From contig DASQWY010000639.1 of the NCBI GenBank assembly GCA_035640005.1, positions 1 to 39,786 on the forward strand: 39,786 bases of DNA. The letters run 5' to 3'. Source of the stretch: Actinomycetes bacterium. GTDB taxonomy: Bacteria; Actinomycetota; CALGFH01. Position 1 is the first letter of the stretch. Each line of letters opens with the position of its first letter. Below are positions 9,403 to 17,722 of the stretch, piece after piece. The notes beneath the pieces are model-generated. The model was not told the DNA's origin and searched no databases. It saw only the letters and a list, made by a program, of their open reading frames with translations. Both the position numbers and the translations under genes were made by a program.

Positions 9403-10275
9403 TCAGAACGGCATGTCGATGAACGGCGAGCTGTAGTCGCCGGCGGCGGCCAGCACCCCCTCGGCGTCGCCCGGGCCGGCCCGCGCCAGGCGGCGTTCGG
9501 CCTCGACCACCAGCGGCAGCAGCCGCACGTCGCCGGGCGTGGCGATGCCGGTCACCTCCTCGTGCGACAGCACCCAGGCGACCGCGGCGGCGATCCGCTC
9601 CTGGTCGTCGAACGGCTCGTACCAGGTGGTGTAGGCGTGCGCGGCCGCCCTCGGCCAGTTGCGCCGGGCGGCGGCCTTGATGACCATCAGCCCCACGTCC
9701 CGCGCCCGCACCTCGTCAACCAGGCTCCGGTAGTCGGCCAGGTAGGCCGGGTCGCGCCCCAGCACGTAGTTCAGCGGCGTCAGCACCGTGTCGAACCCGA
9801 AGCGCCGCAGGGCCTCCCGGTGGGTCGCGGGCGCCTGGTGGCCGTGGCCGGTGATCCCGATCGCCGCGGCGAGGCCCTCGTCCCTGGCCCTGACCACGGC
9901 CTCCAGCGACCCGCCTGGCCGGGTGACCCGGTCCAGGTCGGCCAGGTCGCCGACCGCGTGGACCTGGATCAGGTCGAGGCGGTCGGTCCGCAGCCGCTCC
10001 AGGCTCCGGTTGATCTGCGCCCAGGCGCCGTCGCGGTCGCGCCGGTCGGTCTTGGTGGCCAGGAAGATGCGCTCGCGGATGCGGGGCATCCAGGGGCCGA
10101 GCCGCAGCTCGGCGTCGCCGTAGCCGGCCGCCACGTCGAAGTGGTTGATGCCCGCGTCCAGGGCCAGCTGGATGGAGCGGTCGGCGGTCTCCTGGTCGAC
10201 CGCGGAGAGCGCGGCCGCGCCGTAGATGATCACGGAGCTCATGTGGTCGAGGCGGCCGAGGCGGCGCTGCTGCAC
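9403..10275 (-). CDS. Aldo/keto reductase
   Basis: The track frame extends to 11049, but only the distal part looks real. GTG 10275 is preceded by AAGGAG (rc of 10285-10290); the alternative ATG is at 10242. The N-terminal pattern QQRRLGRLDHMSSVIIYGAAAL, GINHFDVAAGYGDAELRLG and LDLIQVH are AKR-like. Confidence 0.8.
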   Translation of the reverse strand: MQQRRLGRLDHMSSVIIYGAAALSAVDQETADRSIQLALDAGINHFDVAAGYGDAELRLGPWMPRIRERIFLATKTDRRDRDGAWAQINRSLERLRTDRLDLIQVHAVGDLADLDRVTRPGGSLEAVVRARDEGLAAAIGITGHGHQAPATHREALRRFGFDTVLTPLNYVLGRDPAYLADYRSLVDEVRARDVGLMVIKAAARRNWPRAAAHAYTTWYEPFDDQERIAAAVAWVLSHEEVTGIATPGDVRLLPLVVEAERRLARAGPGDAEGVLAAAGDYSSPFIDMPF

Positions 10276-10329
10276 GGTGCCTGCTCCTTCGTCGCGTTGT
10301 CCGTCCCCCAGAGCGTAGCGTTGGCGACC

Positions 10330-10833
10330 ATGACCGTGGCGACCTACGCGTGGCGCCGCCTCGACCTGGAGGGTGTCAGCTTCGTCCGCGTCGAGGCCGA
10401 CGACGCCGTCCGGATCGAGGGCCACGAGGTCTGCGTGGACGGTGCCGAGCGCTGGTCGACGCGGTTCACCATCGAGCTGGACGGCCGCTGGCGGCACCGC
10501 GTCACCACGGTCGAGGCCACCGAGGCGGCCGGCACCAGGCGGCTGCGGCTCGACGACCTGCGGGGCTGCGACGTGGTGGACATCGCCGGCAACCCGTTCA
10601 CCAACGCGCTGGTCATCCGGGCCCGCGAGGTCCCGGTCGGCGGGCTGGTCGAGGTCCGGGCGGCCTTCGTGGAGCCGCCGGCGCTCACCGTGCGGCCGCT
10701 GGCGCAGCGCTACCGCCGCCTGGCCGCCGACCGCTGGGAGTACGCCGACGACCAGTTCGGCGTCTTCGAGATCACCGTCGACGCCGACGGCGTCACCGTC
10801 GACTACCAGCGCCTGGCCCGCCGGCTCGGCTAG
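10330..10833 (+). CDS. Putative glycolipid-binding domain protein (DUF1089)
   Basis: This is the last 167 codons of track ORF 9562..10833. ATG 10330 is in frame. GCDVVDIAGNPFTNALVIRA...QRYRRL...VDADGVTVDYQRLARRL matches the conserved blocks I recall for this family. Confidence 0.6.
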   Translation: MTVATYAWRRLDLEGVSFVRVEADDAVRIEGHEVCVDGAERWSTRFTIELDGRWRHRVTTVEATEAAGTRRLRLDDLRGCDVVDIAGNPFTNALVIRAREVPVGGLVEVRAAFVEPPALTVRPLAQRYRRLAADRWEYADDQFGVFEITVDADGVTVDYQRLARRLG

Positions 10834-11240
10834 CCGGAGCGGGTGGGGCCGACCCGGTCGATCGCGATCCGCAGCAGCACGCGCCGCTGTTGCCGCATGG
10901 CGCGGCGGTAGTCGTCCCAGTCGGGATGCTCGCCGCTGATGCCCCGGTAGTAGTCCACCAGCCCGTCCATCGCCTCCGGCAGCGAGACCACCTGCGCCGT
11001 GCCCTCGACCTGCAGCCAGCTTCCGAAGAAGCCGTCGTTGAGGACGCACAGCACCGCGGTCGGGTCGCGCCGCAGGTTGCGGGTCTTGTAGGCGCCTTCC
11101 CTGGTCGAGATGACCAGCATCCCCTCGCCGTCGACCCCGACAAGCACCGGCGAGGTCTGCAGGCCGCCGCCCGACCTGCGGGTGATGAGCACCGCCCGGT
11201 GGTTGCCGGCGACGAACTCCCGTGCGTCGTCCGGCCCCAT
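10830..11240 (-). CDS. PPOX-class (pyridoxamine 5'-phosphate oxidase-like) probable F420-dependent oxidoreductase
   Basis: 136 aa. GGAGGAGGG lies upstream of ATG 11240. The split-barrel family pattern is AVLITRRSGGGLQTSPVLVGVD...ISTREGAYKTRNLRRDP. It sits 24 nt downstream of the MFS gene on the same strand. Confidence 0.75.
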   Translation of the reverse strand: MGPDDAREFVAGNHRAVLITRRSGGGLQTSPVLVGVDGEGMLVISTREGAYKTRNLRRDPTAVLCVLNDGFFGSWLQVEGTAQVVSLPEAMDGLVDYYRGISGEHPDWDDYRRAMRQQRRVLLRIAIDRVGPTRSG

Positions 11241-11264
11241 GCGCCCTCCTCCGTCGTGCTCAGG

Positions 11265-13046
11265 TCATGGTTGCACACGCCGGCTCGCCGGCTCGCGGGC
11301 GTCGCCGGCCACGGATGGGGCGTGCCCGTTGCGCTCGGCCAGCGGCCTCGCCCCCAGGTGCGCGCGCGCCTCCTCGTGCACGAACCGGCCGCCGCGCATC
11401 CACGAGGCGACCGCGGCGACCAGGCACATGCAGGCGGCGAAGGCCAGTACCACCACCAGCCCGTGCCGGAACGGGCCGGCGATCAGCTGCGGGAAGAACG
11501 TGCGCCCGGTGAGGGTGGCGGTCTGCTGCGGCGGCAGCGCGCCCAGGACCTTGGGCCCGAGCAGCGTCTGCAGCGGGTTGTAGCCGAGGAAGGCGGCGAA
11601 CAGGTAGCCGAGCGGCGGCAGCTGCGCCAGGGCGGTGGCGGTCGGGGCCGGGACCCCGTGGCCGGTGAGGCCGGCGAACATCGTGTGGGGGACGCTGGCC
11701 TGCAGGCTCGCCACCATCAGCGAGAAGAACACCCCGATCGACAGGGGGAAGCCGGCGTTCTGGAAGGTGGCCAGCATGCCGGACGCGGCGCCCCGTTCCC
11801 GCGCCGGGACGCTGTTCATCACGCTGGCCGCGTTCGGGGACGCGAACAGGCCGAAGGCGATGCCGTTGACCAGCAGCACCACGGCGAAGACCGGGTAGGC
11901 GAAGTTCGCCGGGATGGCCATCATGGCGAGCAGGCTGACCACCGAGAGCGCCATCCCCCCGGTGGCGAAGGGCCTGGCCCCGAAGTGGTCGGACAGCCAT
12001 CCGGAGACCGGGCCGGCCACCAGGAACCCAGCCGTCAGGGGGACCAGGTAGATCCCCGCCCACAGCGGCGTGCGCTCGAAGTCGTAGCCGTGCAGCGGCA
12101 GCCAGATGCCCTGCAGCCAGATGATCAGCATGAACTGCAGCCCGCCCCGCCCCATCGCCGCCAGCAGCGCCGCCACGTTGCCCATGGCGAACGGCCGGAT
12201 CCCGAACAGGTGCGTGTTCAGCATCGGCTGGCGCACCCGCCGCTCGATCACCACGAACAGGCCGAGCACGGCCACGCCGCCGACCAGCATGGTGACCACG
12301 AAGGGGTTGCCCCAGCCCATGGTGGAGCCGCCGTAGGGCTTGATGCCGTAGACGATGCCGGTGAGCACCATGGCCAGGCCGGCGGCGAAGGCGACGTTGC
12401 CCGTCCAGTCGATCCGGGCCACGGTGCGCTGGCCGACCTCGCGGAGCTTCCAGTAGGCCCACACCGTGCCCGCCACCCCGACGGGGACGTTGACCAGGAA
12501 CACCCAGCGCCAGTCGATCGCGGCCATCGCCCCGCCCAGCACCAGGCCGGCGAACGACCCGGCCAGGCCGGCGATCTGGTTGACCCCCAGGGCCATGCCC
12601 CGCTGGTTGGCCGGGAAGGCGTCGGTGAGGATGGCGGCGGCGTTGGCCATCAGCATGGCCCCGCCCACCGCCTGGACCATGCGGAAGCCGATCAGCTCGA
12701 TCGCCCCGGCCGACCCGGTGCTCCAGATCAGCGACAGGGCGACCGACGCGGCGGTGAACACCACGAAGCCCAGCCGGAACATGCGGACCCGGCCGTAGAT
12801 GTCGCCGACCCGCCCGAGGGTCACCACCAGCACGGCGCTGACCAGCAGGTAGCCCATCAGCACCCACAGCAGGTAGCTGAAGTTGGCCGGGTCCAGGGGG
12901 TCCAGGTGGATGCCGCGGAAGATCACCGGCAGGGCGATGATCAGGCTGGAGGCGTTGAGGGTCGCCAGCAGCATGCCCAGGGTGGTGTTCGACAGGGCGA
13001 TCCACTTGTAGTGGAGGCCCCCGCCGGTGGCCGTGCGCTCCGTCAC
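11265..13046 (-). CDS. MFS transporter, DHA2 (EmrB/QacA-like, 14-TMS) drug:H+ antiporter
   Basis: 593 aa and about 14 hydrophobic segments. GRVGDIYGR is the MFS motif A. Its GTG start overlaps the MarR stop (GTGA, 13043-13046). Confidence 0.85.
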   Translation of the reverse strand: MTERTATGGGLHYKWIALSNTTLGMLLATLNASSLIIALPVIFRGIHLDPLDPANFSYLLWVLMGYLLVSAVLVVTLGRVGDIYGRVRMFRLGFVVFTAASVALSLIWSTGSAGAIELIGFRMVQAVGGAMLMANAAAILTDAFPANQRGMALGVNQIAGLAGSFAGLVLGGAMAAIDWRWVFLVNVPVGVAGTVWAYWKLREVGQRTVARIDWTGNVAFAAGLAMVLTGIVYGIKPYGGSTMGWGNPFVVTMLVGGVAVLGLFVVIERRVRQPMLNTHLFGIRPFAMGNVAALLAAMGRGGLQFMLIIWLQGIWLPLHGYDFERTPLWAGIYLVPLTAGFLVAGPVSGWLSDHFGARPFATGGMALSVVSLLAMMAIPANFAYPVFAVVLLVNGIAFGLFASPNAASVMNSVPARERGAASGMLATFQNAGFPLSIGVFFSLMVASLQASVPHTMFAGLTGHGVPAPTATALAQLPPLGYLFAAFLGYNPLQTLLGPKVLGALPPQQTATLTGRTFFPQLIAGPFRHGLVVVLAFAACMCLVAAVASWMRGGRFVHEEARAHLGARPLAERNGHAPSVAGDAREPASRRVQP

Positions 13047-13513
13047 GGCTCCGCGTCGGCGGCCGGCGCGCCGTCGGCGAGCTCCTCGATCAGCGCGATG
13101 GCCCAGGCGAGCCGCTCCAGCTGCTCGCGGTCCAGGCCCGCGAGGCCGTCGGCCAGGTAGTGGTCGACCTTGGTGCGGGTGCCGCCGAGCAGGCGCGAGC
13201 CCCGCTCGCTGACCTGGATCCGCGCCACCCGCCGGTCGCGCGCGTCGGCCAGCCGGGTCACCAGCCCGTCACGCTCCAGGCAGTCGACGATCCGCGTCAT
13301 CGTTGGCGCGGCGACCCGCTCGGCCCTGGCCAGCTGGCCCATGCTGAGCGGGCCGGTCCGGTCCACGGTGGCCAGCGCCGCCAGCCGCGTGGGCGTCAGG
13401 TCGGTCGGCGCCAGCTGGCGGAAGCGCCGGTGCAGGCGGCTCACGGCCCAGCGGAGGCGGGAGGCGAGCTCGGGGACGGGCACGCGCTCGTCCGTCACGG
13501 TCATCTTTGCCAT
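13043..13513 (-). CDS. MarR family transcriptional regulator
   Basis: The track frame runs to 14044, but only the last 156 codons (MAKMTVTDERVP...) look real. The winged-helix region LTPTRLAALATVDRTGPLSMGQLARAERVAAPTMTRIVDCLERDGLVTRLADARDRRV is classic MarR. Confidence 0.85.
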   Translation of the reverse strand: MAKMTVTDERVPVPELASRLRWAVSRLHRRFRQLAPTDLTPTRLAALATVDRTGPLSMGQLARAERVAAPTMTRIVDCLERDGLVTRLADARDRRVARIQVSERGSRLLGGTRTKVDHYLADGLAGLDREQLERLAWAIALIEELADGAPAADAEP

Positions 13514-13557
13514 AGCTAAAAGATAGCATAGCTGAACAGGCGCTCCGGACCGCCAGG

Positions 13558-13818
13558 TCAGCCGTCGGGTCCGGAGCCGGTTCCAGAGCCTGGCCCGGCG
13601 TCGGGTCCGGAGCCGGGCGGCGACGGGCCGCGCCAGCTCGGCCGCAGCAGGGCCAGCAGCAGCAGCGCCAGCAGCAGCTGCACCCCGCCGAAGACGCGGC
13701 CGGCGGGGTCGTCGGCGCCGAACAGCAGCGCCAGCCCGGTCACCGCCAGCAGCAGCACGAACGCGGTGACCAGGCCGAGCGCTCCGCGACGGTGGGGCGC
13801 CGGGTCGGCAGGCGGCAC
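13558..13818 (-). CDS. Small hypothetical membrane protein (two hydrophobic helices, Gly/Pro/Ser-rich tail)
   Basis: 86-aa ORF with a GTG start and AAAGGA 6 nt upstream. GC3 is near-saturated in this frame. I recognise no family. Confidence 0.45.
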   Translation of the reverse strand: MPPADPAPHRRGALGLVTAFVLLLAVTGLALLFGADDPAGRVFGGVQLLLALLLLALLRPSWRGPSPPGSGPDAGPGSGTGSGPDG

Positions 13819-13926
13819 GGGTCATCCTTTCGTGGCGGTGCACGGCGCCCCCATGATCGACCATCCCGGGCCGCGCGGGCAGCCCTCGCGCGGCTGCCCG
13901 ACGGCGCCGGGTGGCATGCTGGTGGC

Positions 13927-14664
13927 ATGACCGGCGCAGAGAACCGGCGCGGCCGGCAGGCCTGGATCGCGCTGCTGCTGGCCGCGCTGCTGCTGAGCGG
14001 CTGCGCCGGCCGCCGGCCGGCCCGCGCGGGCGTGGCGGCGCCAACCACCACCGCCACCATCGACGGCTGCGTGCGCGCCAGCCAGGCCGGGCCGGTCGAC
14101 CTCGGCGGCGCCCGGGCCGTCACGCTCGGCGGCGGACCGGTCGGGGTGGTGCTGTCCAACCAGAGCGACCAGAACCTCTGCGGCTGGCTGCCGTTTGCCA
14201 GGGTCCTGGCCGCCCGTGGCTTCCGCGTGCTGCTCCACGACTACTACGGGCCGACCCCGGCCGGCGACGCCGCCCAGGGCGCCGCCAAGCTGCGATCGCT
14301 CGGCGCGCGCACGGTCCTGCTGGTCGGCGCCTCACAGGGCGCCAAGGCGTCGCTGCTGGCCGGCGTCCAGGTGCGGCCGCCGGTGGCCGGGGTCGTCGCC
14401 GTCTCACCAGAGCGGTACCTGCAGGGGGCCGACATGGTCCCGGTCGCCGCCCGCCTGCGTGTGCCAGTCCTGTACCTGGCCGCCCGTGCGGATCCCTACA
14501 CCGACGACGCCCCCGCGAAGCTGTATCGGGCCAGCGCCCATGCGCCTTGGCGGCGGCTGGTCGTCCTGCCCGGCCTCGCTCACGGCACCGCCCTGCTCAC
14601 CGGCCCGGGCGCTGCGCGCGCCCGCGACCCGATCGTCGAGTTCCTGCGACGGTACGGGCGCTGA
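13927..14664 (+). CDS. Lipoprotein alpha/beta hydrolase (dienelactone-hydrolase-like)
   Basis: ATG 13927 is in frame with track ORF 13792..14664. Lipobox LLLSGC after a positively charged N-terminus. GASQGA (GxSxG) nucleophile elbow and a late LAHG histidine. Confidence 0.7.
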   Translation: MTGAENRRGRQAWIALLLAALLLSGCAGRRPARAGVAAPTTTATIDGCVRASQAGPVDLGGARAVTLGGGPVGVVLSNQSDQNLCGWLPFARVLAARGFRVLLHDYYGPTPAGDAAQGAAKLRSLGARTVLLVGASQGAKASLLAGVQVRPPVAGVVAVSPERYLQGADMVPVAARLRVPVLYLAARADPYTDDAPAKLYRASAHAPWRRLVVLPGLAHGTALLTGPGAARARDPIVEFLRRYGR

Positions 14665-14703
14665 TCGGTCACGGCGCGGATGGCGACGGCGGCGGTCTCG
14701 CGT

Positions 14704-14725
14704 GCTCCTGCTCAGCAGCAGGAGC
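14704..14725. terminator. GC-rich hairpin (9-bp stem GCTCCTGCT / AGCAGGAGC, loop CAGC) between convergent genes
   Basis: Read directly. It lies 40 nt after the hydrolase stop (+) and 100 nt after the GH25 stop (-). There is no U-tract, as is common in actinomycete terminators. Confidence 0.4.
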
Positions 14726-14824
14726 GCGAACACGATGACGGCCAGCGGCACCAGGATTACGTGGATGCCGCGGGCGGCCCCTTGCACCCGGGCGGGGCGC
14801 AGGCGCTCGCGCCGGGGTCCTGGG

Positions 14825-15772
14825 CTAGGGGGTCGGCGGGGGAGCGAGGGCGTCGAGGATGGCCTCCTTGGCGCCGCGCACCGAGTCGGCGTAGTGGATC
14901 GACGCCGGGTCGATGGTGCCGTCGGCGTACTCGCCCCTGGCGGCCAGCCGGTACACCTCGTCCATCTTGTCGCGGACCCCCTGCACGGAGGTCTGGTAGT
15001 GGACGCTCGCCCTGTCCACCGTGCCGTTCTCGTACTCGCCGCGGGCGAGCAGCCGGTAGATCGGCTCGACGACCTTGTTGCTGATGTCGTTCAGCAGGGC
15101 GTCCTTGTCGGCCTGGGGCCACTCACGGTAGGGCACGTCGGCCTCCTTCTCCTCTCCTTGGAACAGCTTGGCGAACGCGGCGTCGGTCATGCGGTTGTGG
15201 TCGCAGGTGCCGATCCCGGCGACCCGGGCGGCGTCGGTGTGCTGCCAGCAGTGCGGCGGGTCCGGCCAGCCGCGCGGGCGGCCGTAGCGGGTGGTGTAGG
15301 GGTGGGCGTCGTACTCGGCCCACCAGCCGAGGCAGCCGCCGGGGATGCGCCCGGGGTCGCCGAGGGTGTGGATGACGAAGTACGGGAACGAGTAGAACAG
15401 CCCTGCGCCCCCCAGGGCGGCCCGCACCCGCCGGCACCAGGCGTCCGCCCAGGCGAGGATGTGGCTGCCGCTGGTGCCGTCGGTGACCTCCACGTCCAGC
15501 GCCCAGGCGCAGCCCCGCCGCCAGCCGGCGCGCCGCACCACCCCGACGAAGTGGTCGGCCTGCGCGGTCGAGGAGCCGCCCGGGTAGCCGAAGTGGTAGG
15601 CCACCCGCGGCAGCCCGGCGCCCGCCGCGGCGCGCCAGCGGCCGGTGAACACGGGATCGGTGAACGTGCGGCCCTCGGTCGCCTTGAGCGCGATGAAGTC
15701 CTCGCCCGCGGCCATGTAGGTGGCGACGTGGAAGCTCGCCTGGTAGTGCGAGATGTCCGCGCCGGTTTTCAT
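14825..15772 (-). CDS. GH25 muramidase (lysozyme) with a C-terminal tandem-repeat domain; no signal peptide
   Basis: ATG 15772 (MKTGADISHYQ) is preceded by GGAGAG; the track start at 15856 adds 28 acidic residues with no SD. GH25 signatures are DISHYQ, FIALKATEG, AYHFGY and ALDVE. Confidence 0.85.
   Translation of the reverse strand: MKTGADISHYQASFHVATYMAAGEDFIALKATEGRTFTDPVFTGRWRAAAGAGLPRVAYHFGYPGGSSTAQADHFVGVVRRAGWRRGCAWALDVEVTDGTSGSHILAWADAWCRRVRAALGGAGLFYSFPYFVIHTLGDPGRIPGGCLGWWAEYDAHPYTTRYGRPRGWPDPPHCWQHTDAARVAGIGTCDHNRMTDAAFAKLFQGEEKEADVPYREWPQADKDALLNDISNKVVEPIYRLLARGEYENGTVDRASVHYQTSVQGVRDKMDEVYRLAARGEYADGTIDPASIHYADSVRGAKEAILDALAPPPTP
14855..15067 (-). repeat. Two tandem ~36-aa coding repeats in the GH25 C-terminus
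   Basis: R1 is EPIYRLLARGEYENGTVDRASVHYQTSVQGVRDKMD (14960-15067). R2 is EVYRLAARGEYADGTIDPASIHYADSVRGAKEAIL (14855-14959). More than half the positions are identical (YRL.ARGEY..GT.D.AS.HY..SV.G). Confidence 0.8.
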
Positions 15773-15920
15773 GGGAAGCTCTCCACCTGGCCCACCCTCC
15801 GAACCGTCGGTCGGCATGTCGCCCCAAACGGAATCATCGTCGAGGGACCGTTTCAAACCGGCGCACGCGGTACATGAGGGACGCCAGGACCGTCCCCGCT
15901 CCCCCGCAAGGAGGTTGATC

Positions 15921-16397
15921 GTGTCGGACAGCCCCGTGGCCAGCCTCTACGACTGGCTGATGTTCCTGCACATCCTCGCCGCGATGGTCTGGGTCGGCGG
16001 GCTGGTCGCGCTGGCCGTGTTCGGCAGGTACGTGCTCCGCGGCGGCCAGCACGAGGCGGTCGCGCGCTTCATCGGCAGCCTTCGCGTGCTCGGGCCGATC
16101 ATGCTGGCGCCGGCCGCCGTGCTGGTGCTGGTGTTCGGGATCTGGATGGTCCTCGACGAGCCGGCCTGGTCGTTCGAGCAGGCCTGGGTGTGGCTGGCGC
16201 TGCTGCTGGTGGTGGTGGCCGTGCTGGTCGGCGCGGTGTTCCTGAGCCGGGTGGCGCTGGCCGCCGAACGGGCGGTCGCGGCCGGCGACCACGACGGCGC
16301 CGCCCGCCAGCTGGCGCGCTGGACCTGGGGCATCTGGCTGATCCTGCTGCTGCTGGTGGTCGCCACCTGGGACATGGTGTTCAAGCCTGGCGCCTAG
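15921..16397 (+). CDS. DUF2269 family membrane protein
   Basis: GTG 15921 has AAGGAGG (15908-15914) 6 nt upstream. 158 aa with four TM helices. The LHILAAMVWVGG block is typical of the family. Confidence 0.65.
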   Translation: MSDSPVASLYDWLMFLHILAAMVWVGGLVALAVFGRYVLRGGQHEAVARFIGSLRVLGPIMLAPAAVLVLVFGIWMVLDEPAWSFEQAWVWLALLLVVVAVLVGAVFLSRVALAAERAVAAGDHDGAARQLARWTWGIWLILLLLVVATWDMVFKPGA

Positions 16398-17670
16398 AGC
16401 GACCCGCCGGCACGCGCACCCGCAGGGCGCCCGGCAGGCAGCGGAAGCGCAGCGGCGCGTCGAAGACCAGCGCCTCGCCGTCGACGCCCGCCGGCACCGG
16501 GCCGCCGGAGCGCACCTCGAACGCCGGCGCCTCCCACTGCAGCCAGCCCCGCGACGGGTCGGGCCGCCCCGCCCACCACGCCTCCGCGAAGCGGGCGAAC
16601 TCCTCGCCCTCCCCGGCCCTGGCCGCCACGATTCCCAGCATGCCGCCGTCCAGCCTGCTCCGCGCCCCGAAGCGGCGGTCGGCGGTGAGGCCGTAGCGGC
16701 CATTGGAGACCAGCACCAGCTGGAAGCTCGCGTGCTCCTGCCCGTCGGGCCCGGTGAACCGCAGGTCGAACGGCTGCGCCTGCGGCCCGAACGCGGTGGG
16801 CAGGACCCTCCAGGCGGTCTCGGCCTTGCGCTCGCGGTAGCCCTCGGTGCCGACCAGCCTGGCGTAGAGGCCGAGCGACACGTTGTTCACGAACAGGCGG
16901 TCGGCCACCATGCCGACGTCGACCAGCCGCTCCTCGGCGGCGCCGAACGCCTCCAGGGCCGCGACCGCGTCGTCCGGGTCGAGGCCCAGGTCGCGGGCGA
17001 AGTGGTTGCGGGTGCCCACCGGCACGCAGGCGAACGCCAGGCCCCGCTCCATGGCCACCTGGGCGACCAGCGCCTGCGAGCCGTCGCCGCCGGCCATGCC
17101 GAGCACGTCGGCCCCCTGGTCGGCCTCCCGCTGGGCGAGCTGCCGCAGGTCGTCGCCGGGGCCGAGGACCACCAGCTTGATCCCCCGCCGCCGTGCCTGC
17201 TCGGCCAGGTCGACCCGGGTGGCCTTGCCCCCGCCGGACCTGGGGTTGGCGAACAGCACCGCCCTGCTCGCCGCGGCGACCGGGGTGCCCTGGATGTGCA
17301 GCAGCGGCGGGCGCCGCCCGGCGGCCCGCAGGGCCTCGCCCGCGCCCCGGCCGGCGCCGACCAGCAGGGCCGCCACCAGCACGAACGCCACCGGCTGCCC
17401 GGCCAGCAGCAGCACCGAGCAGCACGCCACCGCGACCACCGCGGCGGCCAGGCGGACCGGTCCCGCGCCCCAGACCGCCACCGTCGCCGCCGGGACGGCG
17501 AGCAGCAGGGCGAGCAGGCCGGGGACCAGCAGCAGGGGGTGCCGGAACAGCGCCACCAGGATCGCGACGATCGCCACCAGCAGGGCCAGCACCGCCACCG
17601 CCACGCCCGGCACCGCTGGCCGCAGCGTGGTCCAGAGCTCGCGGACGCGCGCTTCCGGGACCGGCGCCAT
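16381..17670 (-). CDS. Diacylglycerol/lipid kinase family protein (DAGK catalytic domain) with an N-terminal ~4-TM region
   Basis: The catalytic-domain pattern is VLFANPRSGGGK...VLGMAGGDGSQALVAQVA...ACVPVGTRNHFARDLG. ATG 17670 is chosen over TTG 17706; neither has a clear SD. Confidence 0.8.
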   Translation of the reverse strand: MAPVPEARVRELWTTLRPAVPGVAVAVLALLVAIVAILVALFRHPLLLVPGLLALLLAVPAATVAVWGAGPVRLAAAVVAVACCSVLLLAGQPVAFVLVAALLVGAGRGAGEALRAAGRRPPLLHIQGTPVAAASRAVLFANPRSGGGKATRVDLAEQARRRGIKLVVLGPGDDLRQLAQREADQGADVLGMAGGDGSQALVAQVAMERGLAFACVPVGTRNHFARDLGLDPDDAVAALEAFGAAEERLVDVGMVADRLFVNNVSLGLYARLVGTEGYRERKAETAWRVLPTAFGPQAQPFDLRFTGPDGQEHASFQLVLVSNGRYGLTADRRFGARSRLDGGMLGIVAARAGEGEEFARFAEAWWAGRPDPSRGWLQWEAPAFEVRSGGPVPAGVDGEALVFDAPLRFRCLPGALRVRVPAGRSRRQA

Positions 17671-17722
17671 CGCCGAATGGTCGCAGAGGCCCGCCGGCGG
17701 CGGCAACGTGCTCAGGCGAACC

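Noticed and set aside
7170-9436. 711-aa minus-strand and 504-aa plus-strand ORFs across the acyl-CoA synthetase and DUF456 genes
   Set aside because: They have shadow-frame composition. The synthetase frame carries the AMP-binding signature and explains the region.
10350-13160. 936-aa plus-strand ORF spanning the PPOX, MFS and MarR region
   Set aside because: It is antisense to three well-supported minus-strand genes. It is extremely rich in Arg, Gly, Pro, His and Asp, with no hydrophobic core pattern.
14404-14787. 127-aa minus-strand ORF starting with a TM-like segment (IHVILVPLAVIVFALLLLS) just downstream of the GH25 gene; considered as a possible holin
   Set aside because: It has no SD before its GTG. 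It would overlap about 260 nt of the well-supported hydrolase gene in antisense. Part of the hydrophobic stretch (its Leu-rich end, FALLLLS) is encoded by the CTGCTG-rich terminator hairpin at 14704-14725.
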